Origin: Minisyncoccota bacterium
GTDB taxonomy: Bacteria > Patescibacteriota > Microgenomatia > UBA1400 > PJMF01
Length of the DNA stretch: 64,000 nt
Direction: 5' to 3'
NCBI GenBank assembly: GCA_018657765.1
Contig: JABHWM010000020.1
Coordinates: forward strand, 18,786 to 82,785
In this document: positions 49,218 through 58,518 of the stretch, one piece after another
Layout of the letters: each line of letters opens with the position of its first letter
Numbering within the stretch: position 1 is the first letter of the stretch
Notes under the pieces: model-generated
Told to the model about the DNA's origin: nothing
Databases searched by the model: none
Seen by the model: the letters and a program-made list of their open reading frames with translations, nothing else
Made by a program: the position numbers and the translations under genes

Positions 49218-50084
49218 TTATTTTTCTTTCAAAAAATCTAATACTTGTTGTAGATCATCAGCTAAAGGTGCTTTAAACTCTACTTTTTTTTGAGTCCTTG
49301 GATGAAAAACTTCCAAAGTTTCTGCATGTAAAAATTGACGAGGACACCAAATAGGATCTATCTTTGCTCTTTTTCTGCCAAGATAAGTAACATCTCCAAC
49401 CAAAGGATGCTGTTCATGGGCCATATGCACTCTAATTTGGTGCGTTCTGCCTGTTTTTGGCCAGCAATGGACCAATGAAAATCCCTGATCATAAAACCTT
49501 AGAGATTGCTTCATTAGCTTTGCTTTTTTTTCTTCCAGTTCTACAAAATCATCTTTTTGAAAACCTCTATAAACTGTTTTGACCAGGTACTTTGTCTCGG
49601 CTGCTCTGCCAGAAACATCCACTGCAAATTTTCTACGATCTACTCTGGCTCTAGCCAAAGGAGCAGAAATCACTCCAGCCGGAACTCGGAATGCTCCATG
49701 AACAAGGGTTAAGTATTTCTTCTGAGTTTTTCTTTTACGAAATTGAGCCAATAAATTAACCAAACTACCAGGATGTTTTGCAAAAATCATTACTCCACTC
49801 GTATCTTTATCTAAACGATGCACCATCCCTTGTCGTTGTTCAAATATCTCTTCTGGAGATCCATACTCTGTAGAGAAATTTACAGGCACTAACTTCTGCC
49901 AATCTTCTGGAAAAACAGTTTTATTTTGTAGATAATTATCTGTAAACCACTCTTGTAGAGATTTTTCTTTTACTGATACGGCTGCATTTGTCACAACACC
50001 ACTGGGTTTTGAAACAATAACTATATCTTGATCTTCAAAAATAACAGTAATTTTATCTAGTAGGTTTGTTTTATTTATTTGCAC
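49218..50084 (-). CDS. RluA-family pseudouridine synthase
   Basis: Catalytic HRLDKDTSGVMIFAK motif and the downstream GRTHQIRVH motif. Confidence 0.85.
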   Translation of the reverse strand: MQINKTNLLDKITVIFEDQDIVIVSKPSGVVTNAAVSVKEKSLQEWFTDNYLQNKTVFPEDWQKLVPVNFSTEYGSPEEIFEQRQGMVHRLDKDTSGVMIFAKHPGSLVNLLAQFRKRKTQKKYLTLVHGAFRVPAGVISAPLARARVDRRKFAVDVSGRAAETKYLVKTVYRGFQKDDFVELEEKKAKLMKQSLRFYDQGFSLVHCWPKTGRTHQIRVHMAHEQHPLVGDVTYLGRKRAKIDPIWCPRQFLHAETLEVFHPRTQKKVEFKAPLADDLQQVLDFLKEK

Positions 50085-50089
50085 TTTAT

Positions 50090-50542
50090 TTACTTGTGCC
50101 CTTTACTTTGGGTATTACTTTTTTTAACTAAATACAAATTAATTATTTCATCCCCTATTATGCCCAAAAAGCCAATAATTATAAAGATGTCTGCAAAATT
50201 ATTAGTAAAATTAAAAAAAGGTAACTGCAGCCAATCTCTTACCCCAGTAAAAAACAACCTATCTAGTAAATTAGAAAAAGCTCCAGCTAGAAAAAAAACT
50301 CTGCCTAGCTTACCTATAAAGGCAGTTGGTGGGTAAAACTTTAGTAAAAAAAGAATAGTTGCTACAAAAAAGAAAACTATAATAAATAAAGTAAAAGGTA
50401 GATTAACACCAAAACTAACTCCTGAATTGATTTCTTTTACTGGTGAAAGATACTTCGAAAATTGATCAGCAAAAATAATAAATATGCTCAGTAAAATCCA
50501 TAGAACTTGTTTTGAAAAATTATCAGAAGAGCTATTCTTCAC
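50090..50542 (-). CDS. lspA: Lipoprotein signal peptidase (signal peptidase II)
   Basis: NSGVSFG and FNFTNNFADIFIIIG (catalytic Asp regions). The ATG at 50614 would overlap lgt by 83 nt. An in-frame GTG at 50542 gives an 11-nt overlap and is preferred, but the start remains uncertain. Confidence 0.8.
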   Translation of the reverse strand: MKNSSSDNFSKQVLWILLSIFIIFADQFSKYLSPVKEINSGVSFGVNLPFTLFIIVFFFVATILFLLKFYPPTAFIGKLGRVFFLAGAFSNLLDRLFFTGVRDWLQLPFFNFTNNFADIFIIIGFLGIIGDEIINLYLVKKSNTQSKGHK

Positions 50543-51362
50543 GTTTCTTCCTAGATCTATTTCTAAGTTTTTCTCTAAAAGAAGCTGGCAAAAATGGTTT
50601 ATCTGATCTACCAAGGAGCATCCTTACTCCATAAAAAAGTATTCCCAAATAGATCCAACCATCTAATGCCTTTCCAGCAATAATAAACTCTGGTAAACGG
50701 AAGAAAAGCATTAACAAAGAAAAAAGAGAAAAGAAAATCCAGAAGTTACTCATCAAAAAACCAGTCTGAGCAGCTTTCTTTCCTAATCTGTACCACTCAA
50801 AAGTTCTATAACGACTCTCTGCCCAATTGAGATATATATAAAGAATAAAAAAGAAAATTATAGAGTAAACCTGAACTGGATGAGTTTTTTGAATAGCTCC
50901 AGGAAAAGTAATACCTATAAAGCTCTCTGTAAATTTACCTCTACCAACCCCAGCAAAGAACTCTCCAATACTCCCAAATAGAAGCCAAACAGTCAAAGTA
51001 ATCGACCAAAAATCAAGCACTTCATGAACATCCCATTTTTTTCTAGTCGAAAAAATCTTTAGAAAAATACTAGAGATAATAATAAAAACAATATCTTGCA
51101 GACCAGGATTACCAATAAAATCTAACCATTTACCAATGTTTAAACCAAATCTAGACCAATTAAGTAAGATAAAACCTATACGAGCTCCCACCAATCCGAC
51201 CAAAAAAGACAATAAAAAACCATCAAAAAGTTGTATCTCTGAGTAATGCTCTTCTTTACCTCTTCTCCAAAAAGCCAGCCCCGTTAGAAAAAATCCAAGT
51301 AATAAAATAATGCTGATTGTAGATATGCTAAATGATCCAAAAGAAATAAGAGTAGGCCACAT
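50532..51362 (-). CDS. lgt: Prolipoprotein diacylglyceryl transferase
   Basis: Polytopic. VGARIGFIL and THPVQVYS (HPxQLYE-like) motifs, a basic C-terminal tail, and lspA immediately downstream. Confidence 0.75.
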   Translation of the reverse strand: MWPTLISFGSFSISTISIILLLGFFLTGLAFWRRGKEEHYSEIQLFDGFLLSFLVGLVGARIGFILLNWSRFGLNIGKWLDFIGNPGLQDIVFIIISSIFLKIFSTRKKWDVHEVLDFWSITLTVWLLFGSIGEFFAGVGRGKFTESFIGITFPGAIQKTHPVQVYSIIFFFILYIYLNWAESRYRTFEWYRLGKKAAQTGFLMSNFWIFFSLFSLLMLFFRLPEFIIAGKALDGWIYLGILFYGVRMLLGRSDKPFLPASFREKLRNRSRKKREE

Positions 51363-51388
51363 AATAGTTTCCTATTATAATACGGAAC

Positions 51389-51841
51389 ATGCTTTCAATC
51401 TCACACGGATTAACAGGAGCCTTTTTTGCAGCTCAGTTACAAGATCCTATTCTATATGTACCAATTGCTCTATTTTCTCATTATCTAGAGGACTGGATCC
51501 CCCATTGGGACATGGGAACAGGACTCTCTGACGGAAAAAGAACTAGATCTGCAGCTATTATTTTAGGAAGTATTGAATTATCAATTGCTCTTGGAGCTAT
51601 CTTTTTTTTGTGGGGCTCCCCTACTCTTGCCAATTATCATATCTGGCTGGGAGCGTTTATTGGCTTGTTACCAGATTTTCTAGAAGCACCTCGTAATTTT
51701 CTTCATTGGGAACCAAGTTTCCTGAAATCAATAAATAAATTCCATGCAGGGTTTCATCACTCTGTCCCCAATAAAGTGTTGGGACTGGTGCCACAGGTAT
51801 TGTTATGGGGTATAATAATAGCTCTTACAATATCAAAGTAA
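51389..51841 (+). CDS. Hypothetical membrane protein (possible YdjM/DUF457-like metal-dependent hydrolase)
   Basis: SHGLTG..HYLEDWIPHWD His/Asp-rich motifs set in 4 TM helices. Weak call. Confidence 0.5.
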   Translation: MLSISHGLTGAFFAAQLQDPILYVPIALFSHYLEDWIPHWDMGTGLSDGKRTRSAAIILGSIELSIALGAIFFLWGSPTLANYHIWLGAFIGLLPDFLEAPRNFLHWEPSFLKSINKFHAGFHHSVPNKVLGLVPQVLLWGIIIALTISK

Positions 51842-51848
51842 TATTATC

Positions 51849-52781
51849 TTGATAGGTAATTTTAAAAAAGATTTAAAAAAAGAATTTAAATTTATGCCAA
51901 TAAAACAAGAAAATTTAGCTAGAGAGACTGCTATTAAAGCAGCTTTAGAAGCAAAACAAAGACTAGATGAAGGAGAAAAAATAGCTCTAGAGGATAGAAC
52001 TGCTAGTGCTTTTAAAGAAGAAGATTTCCAAGCAAAACATTTTGAAATTGTGAATACTATTATGATGGATGGTAGCAGTGAAATAGCATCTGATTATCCT
52101 GAAAAAAATCTTAGACAAATAAGACATGTCATGGCAAAAGCCATAGAACAATCCAGTAATGTTTTTCGTAAGTTTACTGGAGAAGATGCCCTACCTGTAT
52201 ACACAACTGATAAGAAAAAAACTTCAGAATATGCAGAAGCTATAGATATCACTGGTCCTATATCAGCAGAATTTGCTCAAGAACTTCTAGAAGTTGCTGG
52301 ACTAGAAGAAGTAAATGCAGCTGAACTTCTTGGTAAACTGTCTTTTACAAATTTGCTGGAATATAGCTATAGAAAAATAACAGGAAATGAAATAACAGAG
52401 GACTTATCTAAAGTAACTGAGGAAGAAATAGAAGCTATTCTTTCAGAGGTTGCCCCAGAAGAAAACCGCTGGGACTTTGATAATGAAGTTATTGATAGCA
52501 TTAACTATAGCCAAGGAGAAAATCTCTCTGATGCTGAAAAGAAAGCAATGGATTTGTTATTTATTTTGATGAACCAACTCTGGAAAGTACAACAAGTTCA
52601 TCGAGCCACATTTGAAGATGCCAGTCATAGAATTTCTTCTAGAGAAAATGTTGATTATCAGACCTATGAAGGATATTTGGCTTATGCCTATGATGAATTC
52701 AGCGACAAATCCTCTCTCCATGGACTCATTAATGCAGGATATGGAGTTCAAAAAGATTTGATGATTTATTTGAGAAAATAA
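51849..52781 (+). CDS. Hypothetical acidic cytoplasmic protein
   Basis: Uninterrupted 310-codon ORF (TTG start; alternative ATG at 51894) followed by a strong terminator. No motifs recognised. Confidence 0.6.
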   Translation: MIGNFKKDLKKEFKFMPIKQENLARETAIKAALEAKQRLDEGEKIALEDRTASAFKEEDFQAKHFEIVNTIMMDGSSEIASDYPEKNLRQIRHVMAKAIEQSSNVFRKFTGEDALPVYTTDKKKTSEYAEAIDITGPISAEFAQELLEVAGLEEVNAAELLGKLSFTNLLEYSYRKITGNEITEDLSKVTEEEIEAILSEVAPEENRWDFDNEVIDSINYSQGENLSDAEKKAMDLLFILMNQLWKVQQVHRATFEDASHRISSRENVDYQTYEGYLAYAYDEFSDKSSLHGLINAGYGVQKDLMIYLRK

Positions 52782-52783
52782 AA

Positions 52784-52801
52784 AAATCCCCTTCGGGATT
52801 T
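52784..52801. terminator. Bidirectional intrinsic terminator
   Basis: AAATCCC-CTTC-GGGATTT hairpin flanked by A6 and TCTTTATTTT. Serves the + gene ending at 52781 and the minus-strand tRNA-region transcript. Confidence 0.7.
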
Positions 52802-52819
52802 CTTTATTTTGTGTTATTT

Positions 52820-52845
52820 TGTGCCGAGAGAGGGAATCTACCCTC
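52820..52845 (-). pseudogene. Duplicated, decayed 3' end of tRNA-Leu(CAA) (tRNA fragment or att-type scar)
   Basis: 52820-52838 (TGTGCCGAGAGAGGGAATC) is identical to 52988-53006. The T-loop is corrupted (UAGAUU instead of UUCGAUU). No convincing matching 5' half was found upstream. Confidence 0.5.
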
Positions 52846-52864
52846 CGGGTATTAGCCATGCGCT

Positions 52865-52940
52865 TCGACTTTCAATTATTTCTGAGTGTTACTACCTCGC
52901 TTGGCGGTAGAACCTATCTCGCTCTGCTCGACCTTCAATT
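52865..52940. repeat. Two direct copies of TCGAC(T/C)TTCAATT spaced 63 bp apart
   Basis: 52865-52877 versus 52928-52940 match at 12 of 13 positions, and the flanks are also loosely similar. Lies between the tRNA-Leu fragment and the intact tRNA-Leu. Confidence 0.4.
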
Positions 52941-52962
52941 CACTTTAGCTCACCACAAATTA

Positions 52963-52982
52963 AAAACCCCTAAAGGGGTTTT
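52963..52982 (-). terminator. Hairpin/terminator just 3' of tRNA-Leu
   Basis: AAAACCCC-TAAA-GGGGTTTT, a perfect 8-bp stem. On the minus strand it is followed by a T-run. Confidence 0.65.
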
Positions 52983-52989
52983 AAATCTG

Positions 52990-53073
52990 TGCCGAGAGAG
53001 GGAATCGAACCCTCACGAAGTTGCCTTCATGGGTTTTTGAGACCCACGCGTCTACCAATTCCGCCACCTCGGC
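52990..53073 (-). tRNA. tRNA-Leu (anticodon CAA)
   Basis: 84 nt, hand-folded: acceptor GCCGAGG/UCUCGGC, anticodon arm UGGGU-CUCAAAA-ACCCA, a long variable arm, and T arm GAGGG-UUCGAUU-CCCUC. CCA is not encoded. Confidence 0.9.
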
Positions 53074-53141
53074 TAATTAATGTTAGTGATTATATCACTT
53101 CTATCTTGCTTTTTCCCTCAAACCTCGGCATAGTATTAGAG

Positions 53142-53375
53142 ATGGAAATTTTACAAGACATTCTTCAAAAATCATTTGCTGTAGATAGTATTTGGTCTAT
53201 AGTTACTAGAGGTCTCATTTGGCTCGGGGTTGCGATGGTTGTTATCGTCAGTATGGATAAACCAGATCCAGATAAATCACTCAAAGACCTCAAATCAAAT
53301 CTTGGTTTCTTCTTGTTCTTTACAGTGATAACTGGAGGACTTATTTATATGCTATTTGGTTTTACAGCGGCTTAA
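53142..53375 (+). CDS. Small hypothetical two-TM membrane protein (77 aa)
   Basis: The ORF-track N-terminus (52989-53141) runs antisense through tRNA-Leu and is rejected. The first ATG after the tRNA is at 53142 (MEILQDILQ..). Confidence 0.5.
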   Translation: MEILQDILQKSFAVDSIWSIVTRGLIWLGVAMVVIVSMDKPDPDKSLKDLKSNLGFFLFFTVITGGLIYMLFGFTAA

Positions 53376-53466
53376 AACTAGAACTAACTAAAATCTCCAA
53401 AAAAATTAGAAGCTCTCAACAATATTACAATTAAAAATTTGAAAAAATAATTAGAGATTAACTACT

Positions 53467-54786
53467 CTACCCAGCAACCTTTTGCTCCATACCATAAAAA
53501 CGAATACGATCACCTCTAAAGAAGAGTTCTACCTCGCCCATGGCACCATTTCTATGTTTAGCTATTTTTAAAGTAACCTGCTCTCTAATGTCATCATCTT
53601 TTCTATACAAAAACATCACTACATCAGCATCTTGCTCTATAGATCCAGATTCACGAAGATCAGATAATTGAGGTGATTTTTCTCCTCTACTTTCGATAGC
53701 ACGAGAAAGCTGAGCCAAAGCCAAAACAGGAATCTTCAATTCACGAGCAATGTTCTTCAAACCTTGAGAAATTTCACCAACTTCCTGAACACGATTATCT
53801 CTTGTTCTACCGTGAGCTAGCTGCAAATAATCAACAACTAATAAATCTATTTGTTGCTCTGTCATCAGTTTTCTAGCTTTGGTTCTCATCTCATAGATAC
53901 TCATACCAGGGGTATCATCGATATATATCTGTGCATCAGCCAAAACTCCCATAGCATCAGATAACTTCAAAAAGTCCTGTTGATCCAAACGACCCGTCTT
54001 CAACTTCCAAGCATCGATATCTGCCTGAGAAACTAATAAACGATCTACTAATTCTTCTTTACTCATTTCCAAAGAAAATAAGCCAACTTTTTTATTATGC
54101 AAAACAGAAGTACTCTGAGCGATATTCAAAGAAAAAGCTGTCTTACCAGTACCAGGACGTGCAGCTAAAATAATAAGGTTAGACTTCTGGAATCCAGCCA
54201 ACATCCTATCCAGATCTTGAAAACCAGTTGGACAACCACGTAGCTGTCCTCCATGCTTTTGTAATTCATCAATACGATCAAAACTTTCTACTAAGGTATT
54301 TTTCAAAGGAATAAATGATTTTGAAGAATGAGCCTGAGAAACACTCAAGACCTTTTGCTCAGCAAGATCCAGAATATCTTTGGCATTCTTTGATTCATCA
54401 AAAGCCAACTCACTTACTTCTCCACCAAGGGAGATAAGTCTTCTTTTGACATTCTTTTCTTGAACAATCTTGGCATAGTTAGCTGCATTAGCCGCAGTAG
54501 AAAGTGTGTTAGAAAGCTCTGTCAGCTCTGATGCTCCTCCAGCTTTTGTCAAAAGTTTTTTCTTTTTTAACTGAGCTGTCAAAGTAACAACATCGATTGG
54601 ATCTCTTTTTTCATAGAGATCTTGCATTGCCTCGAAAATAACTTGATGTTTAGGCTGATAAAAACTTTTTGGACCCAGATGTTCTGAAACCCTCACAATA
54701 GCATCAGGATCAATCAAAACAGCCGCTAATACAGAGCGTTCTGCTTCATTATCATATGGCGGAATTCTTGCATTCATTTTACTCAA
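53467..54786 (-). CDS. dnaB: Replicative DNA helicase DnaB
   Basis: PPYDNEAERSVLAAVL N-terminus, Walker A ARPGTGKTAF, LVVDYLQL, and RESGSIEQDADVVMFLYR. No intein. Confidence 0.95.
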   Translation of the reverse strand: MSKMNARIPPYDNEAERSVLAAVLIDPDAIVRVSEHLGPKSFYQPKHQVIFEAMQDLYEKRDPIDVVTLTAQLKKKKLLTKAGGASELTELSNTLSTAANAANYAKIVQEKNVKRRLISLGGEVSELAFDESKNAKDILDLAEQKVLSVSQAHSSKSFIPLKNTLVESFDRIDELQKHGGQLRGCPTGFQDLDRMLAGFQKSNLIILAARPGTGKTAFSLNIAQSTSVLHNKKVGLFSLEMSKEELVDRLLVSQADIDAWKLKTGRLDQQDFLKLSDAMGVLADAQIYIDDTPGMSIYEMRTKARKLMTEQQIDLLVVDYLQLAHGRTRDNRVQEVGEISQGLKNIARELKIPVLALAQLSRAIESRGEKSPQLSDLRESGSIEQDADVVMFLYRKDDDIREQVTLKIAKHRNGAMGEVELFFRGDRIRFYGMEQKVAG

Positions 54787-54836
54787 TGTACCATTCCCAC
54801 ACGTAGAGTCAATAGAGTTAACAAAGAATTAACAAT

Positions 54837-55502
54837 CTAAGTGCGTTCAATAATTACCAGCTCTTTTTCCTCTGGTAAACGGTCTTTCTCTACTTTTAGT
54901 TTATCTACAGTTTCTACTTTTTCTGCACCGAATTCTTTGACAAATTCTGACAATTCTTGGAGTTCTCCAAACTTTCCAGCATCATGCGCCGAAGTTTTGA
55001 AATGCATTGGAACTACATATCCAGGTTCTAATGATTTGACTGCAGCTACGGCTTGCTTTGCATTGATAGTATAAACCCCTCCAACAGGAACAAGTAATAT
55101 ATCTACAGCCCCGATTTCTTTAATTGTCTCTGCAGTAAGTTCATGACCTAACTCACCCAAATGACAAACCCTAATTCCATCAATAATAATCGTAAAAATA
55201 CGATTTTCTCTTTTTTCCTCTTCTGCATCCTTACTAACTTGAGCAGATTTTACTCCAAAGACAGAAATTCCACCGACTTCATACTCTCCTAAGTTATTAA
55301 CTACAAAAGGTTTTTTCCTTCTGGACGTACCAGAAACTGCAGAAGAATTATTATGACTACTATTATCGTGAGAGATAGTAACTATGTCAGCACTCAAGTT
55401 AGGCATAGAAAAACCAACCGAGCTACTGAATGGGTCTACAACGACTGTTCCTAGTTTACCCTTAAGCTTAAAACAAGAATGTCCGTGATATGTAAGAATC
55501 AT
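54837..55502 (-). CDS. MBL-fold metal-dependent hydrolase (UPF0173 family)
   Basis: MILTYHGHSCFKLKG N-terminus, with ISHDNSSHNN and VPMHF metal-ligand motifs. Confidence 0.8.
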   Translation of the reverse strand: MILTYHGHSCFKLKGKLGTVVVDPFSSSVGFSMPNLSADIVTISHDNSSHNNSSAVSGTSRRKKPFVVNNLGEYEVGGISVFGVKSAQVSKDAEEEKRENRIFTIIIDGIRVCHLGELGHELTAETIKEIGAVDILLVPVGGVYTINAKQAVAAVKSLEPGYVVPMHFKTSAHDAGKFGELQELSEFVKEFGAEKVETVDKLKVEKDRLPEEKELVIIERT

Positions 55503-55620
55503 GTGTTTTTCCTTTTCCTTATAAATTTTTTTATAAAAACTGTATATTTATGTATTGATAATACCATTCGTTACAAATCATTTATAATACAATTCACGAC
55601 TTTTATAAAAGTACCTGTTT

Positions 55621-56112
55621 ATGAAAAAAGAAACTATCATTGCTATTTTGGTTGGACTATCACTAGGACTCTTCATTACCTATGGTGTCTACCAGGCAAA
55701 AACTAGCATCTCACCAGAAAGTGATAAAGATCAAGAAATTCTTTCTTTAACACCAGCCCCAGAAAATGAATTTTCTGGAGAACTAGTTCTTAATAGCCCA
55801 GAAAATGAAATAATCCAAGAAGATAGCTCTATTAGTGTTTCTGGAACAACCCTTCCAAATAGCTTTGTTGTTATTTTTGTCGATAATAAAGAAACAATTA
55901 CATCCTCTGATGAATCTGGAAACTTCTCTATAGAGATTTCCTTAGAAAATGGTCTTAACATTATTACAATCACTGTCCTTGATGAAAATGGTAGATCGAT
56001 TTCTACAGAAAGAACAGTTATAGTCAGTGATGACCCTCTTGTTTCAGCTTCAGAAGCCTCTGATTCTGCTGAAGTAGATTCTAGTGAAGAAACAACAACT
56101 GGAAATAATTAA
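55621..56112 (+). CDS. Hypothetical membrane-anchored protein with Ig-like domain
   Basis: N-terminal TM helix. The segment SISVSGTTLPNSFVVIFVDNKETITSSDESGNFSIEISLENGLNIITITV resembles a bacterial Ig-like fold. Confidence 0.55.
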   Translation: MKKETIIAILVGLSLGLFITYGVYQAKTSISPESDKDQEILSLTPAPENEFSGELVLNSPENEIIQEDSSISVSGTTLPNSFVVIFVDNKETITSSDESGNFSIEISLENGLNIITITVLDENGRSISTERTVIVSDDPLVSASEASDSAEVDSSEETTTGNN

Positions 56113-56116
56113 AAAT

Positions 56117-56848
56117 ATGCAAAAAAAAATCACAGCATTATTTGTTACTACCCTTTTCATTATCATCAGCAGTATGTTTATAAATCTTTCTCAAAATGCT
56201 GTTTATGCCCAAGAAAATCAAGATGAAACTGATACAACACCAACCACTACTGAAAAGTTGAAAGAAAGAATAGAAAAAATAGTAGAACAAAGAAAAGATA
56301 AAGTAGAACAAGTACTTGGAAATATCTCTTCACAGAAAAAAGGATTTATTGGACAAGTCTCTAGAGTATCAGAAACAACTCTGACTCTAGATGTTATCGG
56401 TACAACCAGAGTTGTTCCTTTTGATAAAACAGTCTCTCTCTTGAAAAATACCGATAGTGCAAATAATACTGAAGGTAAAGAAACCTCTACAGAAAATATT
56501 TCTGTAGATAACTGGGCTCTAGTCATGGGGATGTGGGAAGATGACACCTTAACCCCTAGAAAAATAATAATTTTTGAAAAATCACCTAGACCTGATACTC
56601 ATATTGTTTCATTGGGATCTCTTCAAAAGATTAACAAGAACTCAATCAAGTTCCAAGCTAGAGGTAAAGAAGAAGTCTTGTCCATAACTTTAAATAACAA
56701 TACAACCTTTGAAGATTTTAATGGTGAAGAAGCCATCGTCTCTAGATTTACAGAAGAAGATCAAGCTTTAGTAGTAGGTTACAAAACTGATAAAGGCTCA
56801 TATGCCACTACTATCAGAGCTTTAGCTCCTTTTTCTAAAGAAGAATAA
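56117..56848 (+). CDS. Hypothetical secreted protein
   Basis: Start preferred at ATG 56117 (MQKKITALFVTTLFIIISSMFINLSQNAVYA|QE signal peptide). Confidence 0.55.
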   Translation: MQKKITALFVTTLFIIISSMFINLSQNAVYAQENQDETDTTPTTTEKLKERIEKIVEQRKDKVEQVLGNISSQKKGFIGQVSRVSETTLTLDVIGTTRVVPFDKTVSLLKNTDSANNTEGKETSTENISVDNWALVMGMWEDDTLTPRKIIIFEKSPRPDTHIVSLGSLQKINKNSIKFQARGKEEVLSITLNNNTTFEDFNGEEAIVSRFTEEDQALVVGYKTDKGSYATTIRALAPFSKEE

Positions 56849-56850
56849 TT

Positions 56851-57927
56851 ATGACTTCAGTCACTCACTTTTACGCAAAACGACTAAAAATAATTCAAAA
56901 AAACATCTCACCAAATCAAGCATTCCTAATTTCAAAACCAACAGACATTACTCACCTAACTGGTTTTCCGCAACTTGTTCCAGAAGAAAGAGAAGCTCTA
57001 CTTTGCTTAACTCACAAAAAAGCATTCTTGTTTCACCACAGCTTTAGTCCAACTATTCCTCACTTTCCAGAGCTCACATATATCCCCCAAACTAATCTTA
57101 AAAGAATTCGGCAAACATTAGAACAAGAAAGTATAGAAACAGTTCAGATAGATGAACAAACTCTGACAGCAGAAGAATATAAATTCTTTTACAACCATTT
57201 TCAAGAAAAACTAACAACTTGTGCACCTGAATATTTTTGGCAATTTCGCCTAGAAAAAGATGAACTAGCTCTCACCTACCAACAAAAAGCTGGAAAAATA
57301 ATTGCTCAAGTACTAGAACTAATTCCAAAATCCTTTTATGAAGGAATTACTGAAAAACAACTCGCTGGAAAAATAATTGGAACGATGATGGAAATGGGAG
57401 CTGAAGCACCAGCTTTTCCTACTATAGTGGCTTTTGGTGAGCATGGAGCACTTCCCCACCACCAACCTACAGATAAAAAACTCAAGAAGGAAACAGCTGT
57501 TCTAATAGATGCTGGAGCAAGATTCAATGGTTATCGTTCTGATATGACTCGCACTTTTTGGTTTGGTGAAAACCCTGATGAAGAATTTATTTCCATAGAA
57601 AAAATAGTCAAAACTGCCTATAAAAAAGCTGTCACACTAATTAAGAATGGTCCAGAAAATAAGACTGTAAAAGATATTGATGATGCTGCCAGAAATTATA
57701 TTGATACTCAAGGATTTAGCGAAGAATTTGTCCACACCACCGGGCACGGCATCGGTCTAGATATTCATGAGCCACCATCTGTCTCTTGGTCTAACACTAC
57801 CCCTCTAAAATCAAACATTACTTTTACTATAGAACCAGGTATTTACCTAAAAAATAAATTTGGCTATCGATTTGAAGATACTATTCACTTATCAGATAAA
57901 GGATATACTGTTCTTACAAAGATTTAA
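56851..57927 (+). CDS. M24-family Xaa-Pro peptidase
   Basis: Metal ligands in IDAGARFNGYRSDMTRT, HTTGHGIGLDIHEPP, IEPGIY and FEDT. Confidence 0.85.
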   Translation: MTSVTHFYAKRLKIIQKNISPNQAFLISKPTDITHLTGFPQLVPEEREALLCLTHKKAFLFHHSFSPTIPHFPELTYIPQTNLKRIRQTLEQESIETVQIDEQTLTAEEYKFFYNHFQEKLTTCAPEYFWQFRLEKDELALTYQQKAGKIIAQVLELIPKSFYEGITEKQLAGKIIGTMMEMGAEAPAFPTIVAFGEHGALPHHQPTDKKLKKETAVLIDAGARFNGYRSDMTRTFWFGENPDEEFISIEKIVKTAYKKAVTLIKNGPENKTVKDIDDAARNYIDTQGFSEEFVHTTGHGIGLDIHEPPSVSWSNTTPLKSNITFTIEPGIYLKNKFGYRFEDTIHLSDKGYTVLTKI

Positions 57928-57967
57928 CAAAATAGAAACTTTTAAAAAATAAGTATTCAGAAAAATA

Positions 57968-58504
57968 ATGATCATAAGACAACTTACAGGAGCCGATGCT
58001 CTAATTTATAAAGAACTGAGACTCCAAGCACTACAAAACAATCCAGAAAGCTACTTGGCTACTTTTGAATCAGAGGTCAGACGATCTATCGAGTCCTTTG
58101 CCTCCGAACTTCGTTATGCTTTCTCTCCACCAATATTTGGCTATTATGGAATCTTTGTAAATAAAAAAGACAAAAATGGAAAAACAAAAGAAAAACTAGT
58201 TGGCTATACTCACTTGGATAAATCTTACTTGGAAAAACAACAACATATTGCTTTTATGTATAACCTCTATGTTGACCCTGAATATCGAGGCCAAGGTCTA
58301 GCTACCAAAGTTTTTGAATTCTTACTCAAAGAAACTCAAGAAAAAACAAATGTAGAACGAATCTTTCTCTCATGTAATAGGAAAAACATCCCTGCTCAAA
58401 AACTATATAAAAAACTAGGATTTACCGAATATGGGGTCAAAGAAAAAAGCGTCAAATATAATGGGAAGTATGATGATGAGGTCGAGTTAGTAAAAGAAAT
58501 TTAG
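57968..58504 (+). CDS. GNAT-family N-acetyltransferase
   Basis: Acetyl-CoA motif A YRGQGLATKVFEFLL and the ..NIPAQKLYKKLGF.. motif. Confidence 0.8.
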   Translation: MIIRQLTGADALIYKELRLQALQNNPESYLATFESEVRRSIESFASELRYAFSPPIFGYYGIFVNKKDKNGKTKEKLVGYTHLDKSYLEKQQHIAFMYNLYVDPEYRGQGLATKVFEFLLKETQEKTNVERIFLSCNRKNIPAQKLYKKLGFTEYGVKEKSVKYNGKYDDEVELVKEI

Positions 58505-58518
58505 GTTACAATAGAAAT

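Noticed and set aside
50079-50336. 85-aa + strand ORF antisense to lspA
   Set aside because: It is embedded in lspA, which carries the signal peptidase II catalytic motifs. The Lys-rich translation is an artefact of AT-rich antisense DNA.
52819-53141. ORF 52819-53040 and the N-terminal 51 codons of ORF 52989-53375
   Set aside because: They run through tRNA-Leu(CAA) and its duplicated fragment. The repeated MCRERES/LCRERES peptide is simply the translated tRNA repeat.
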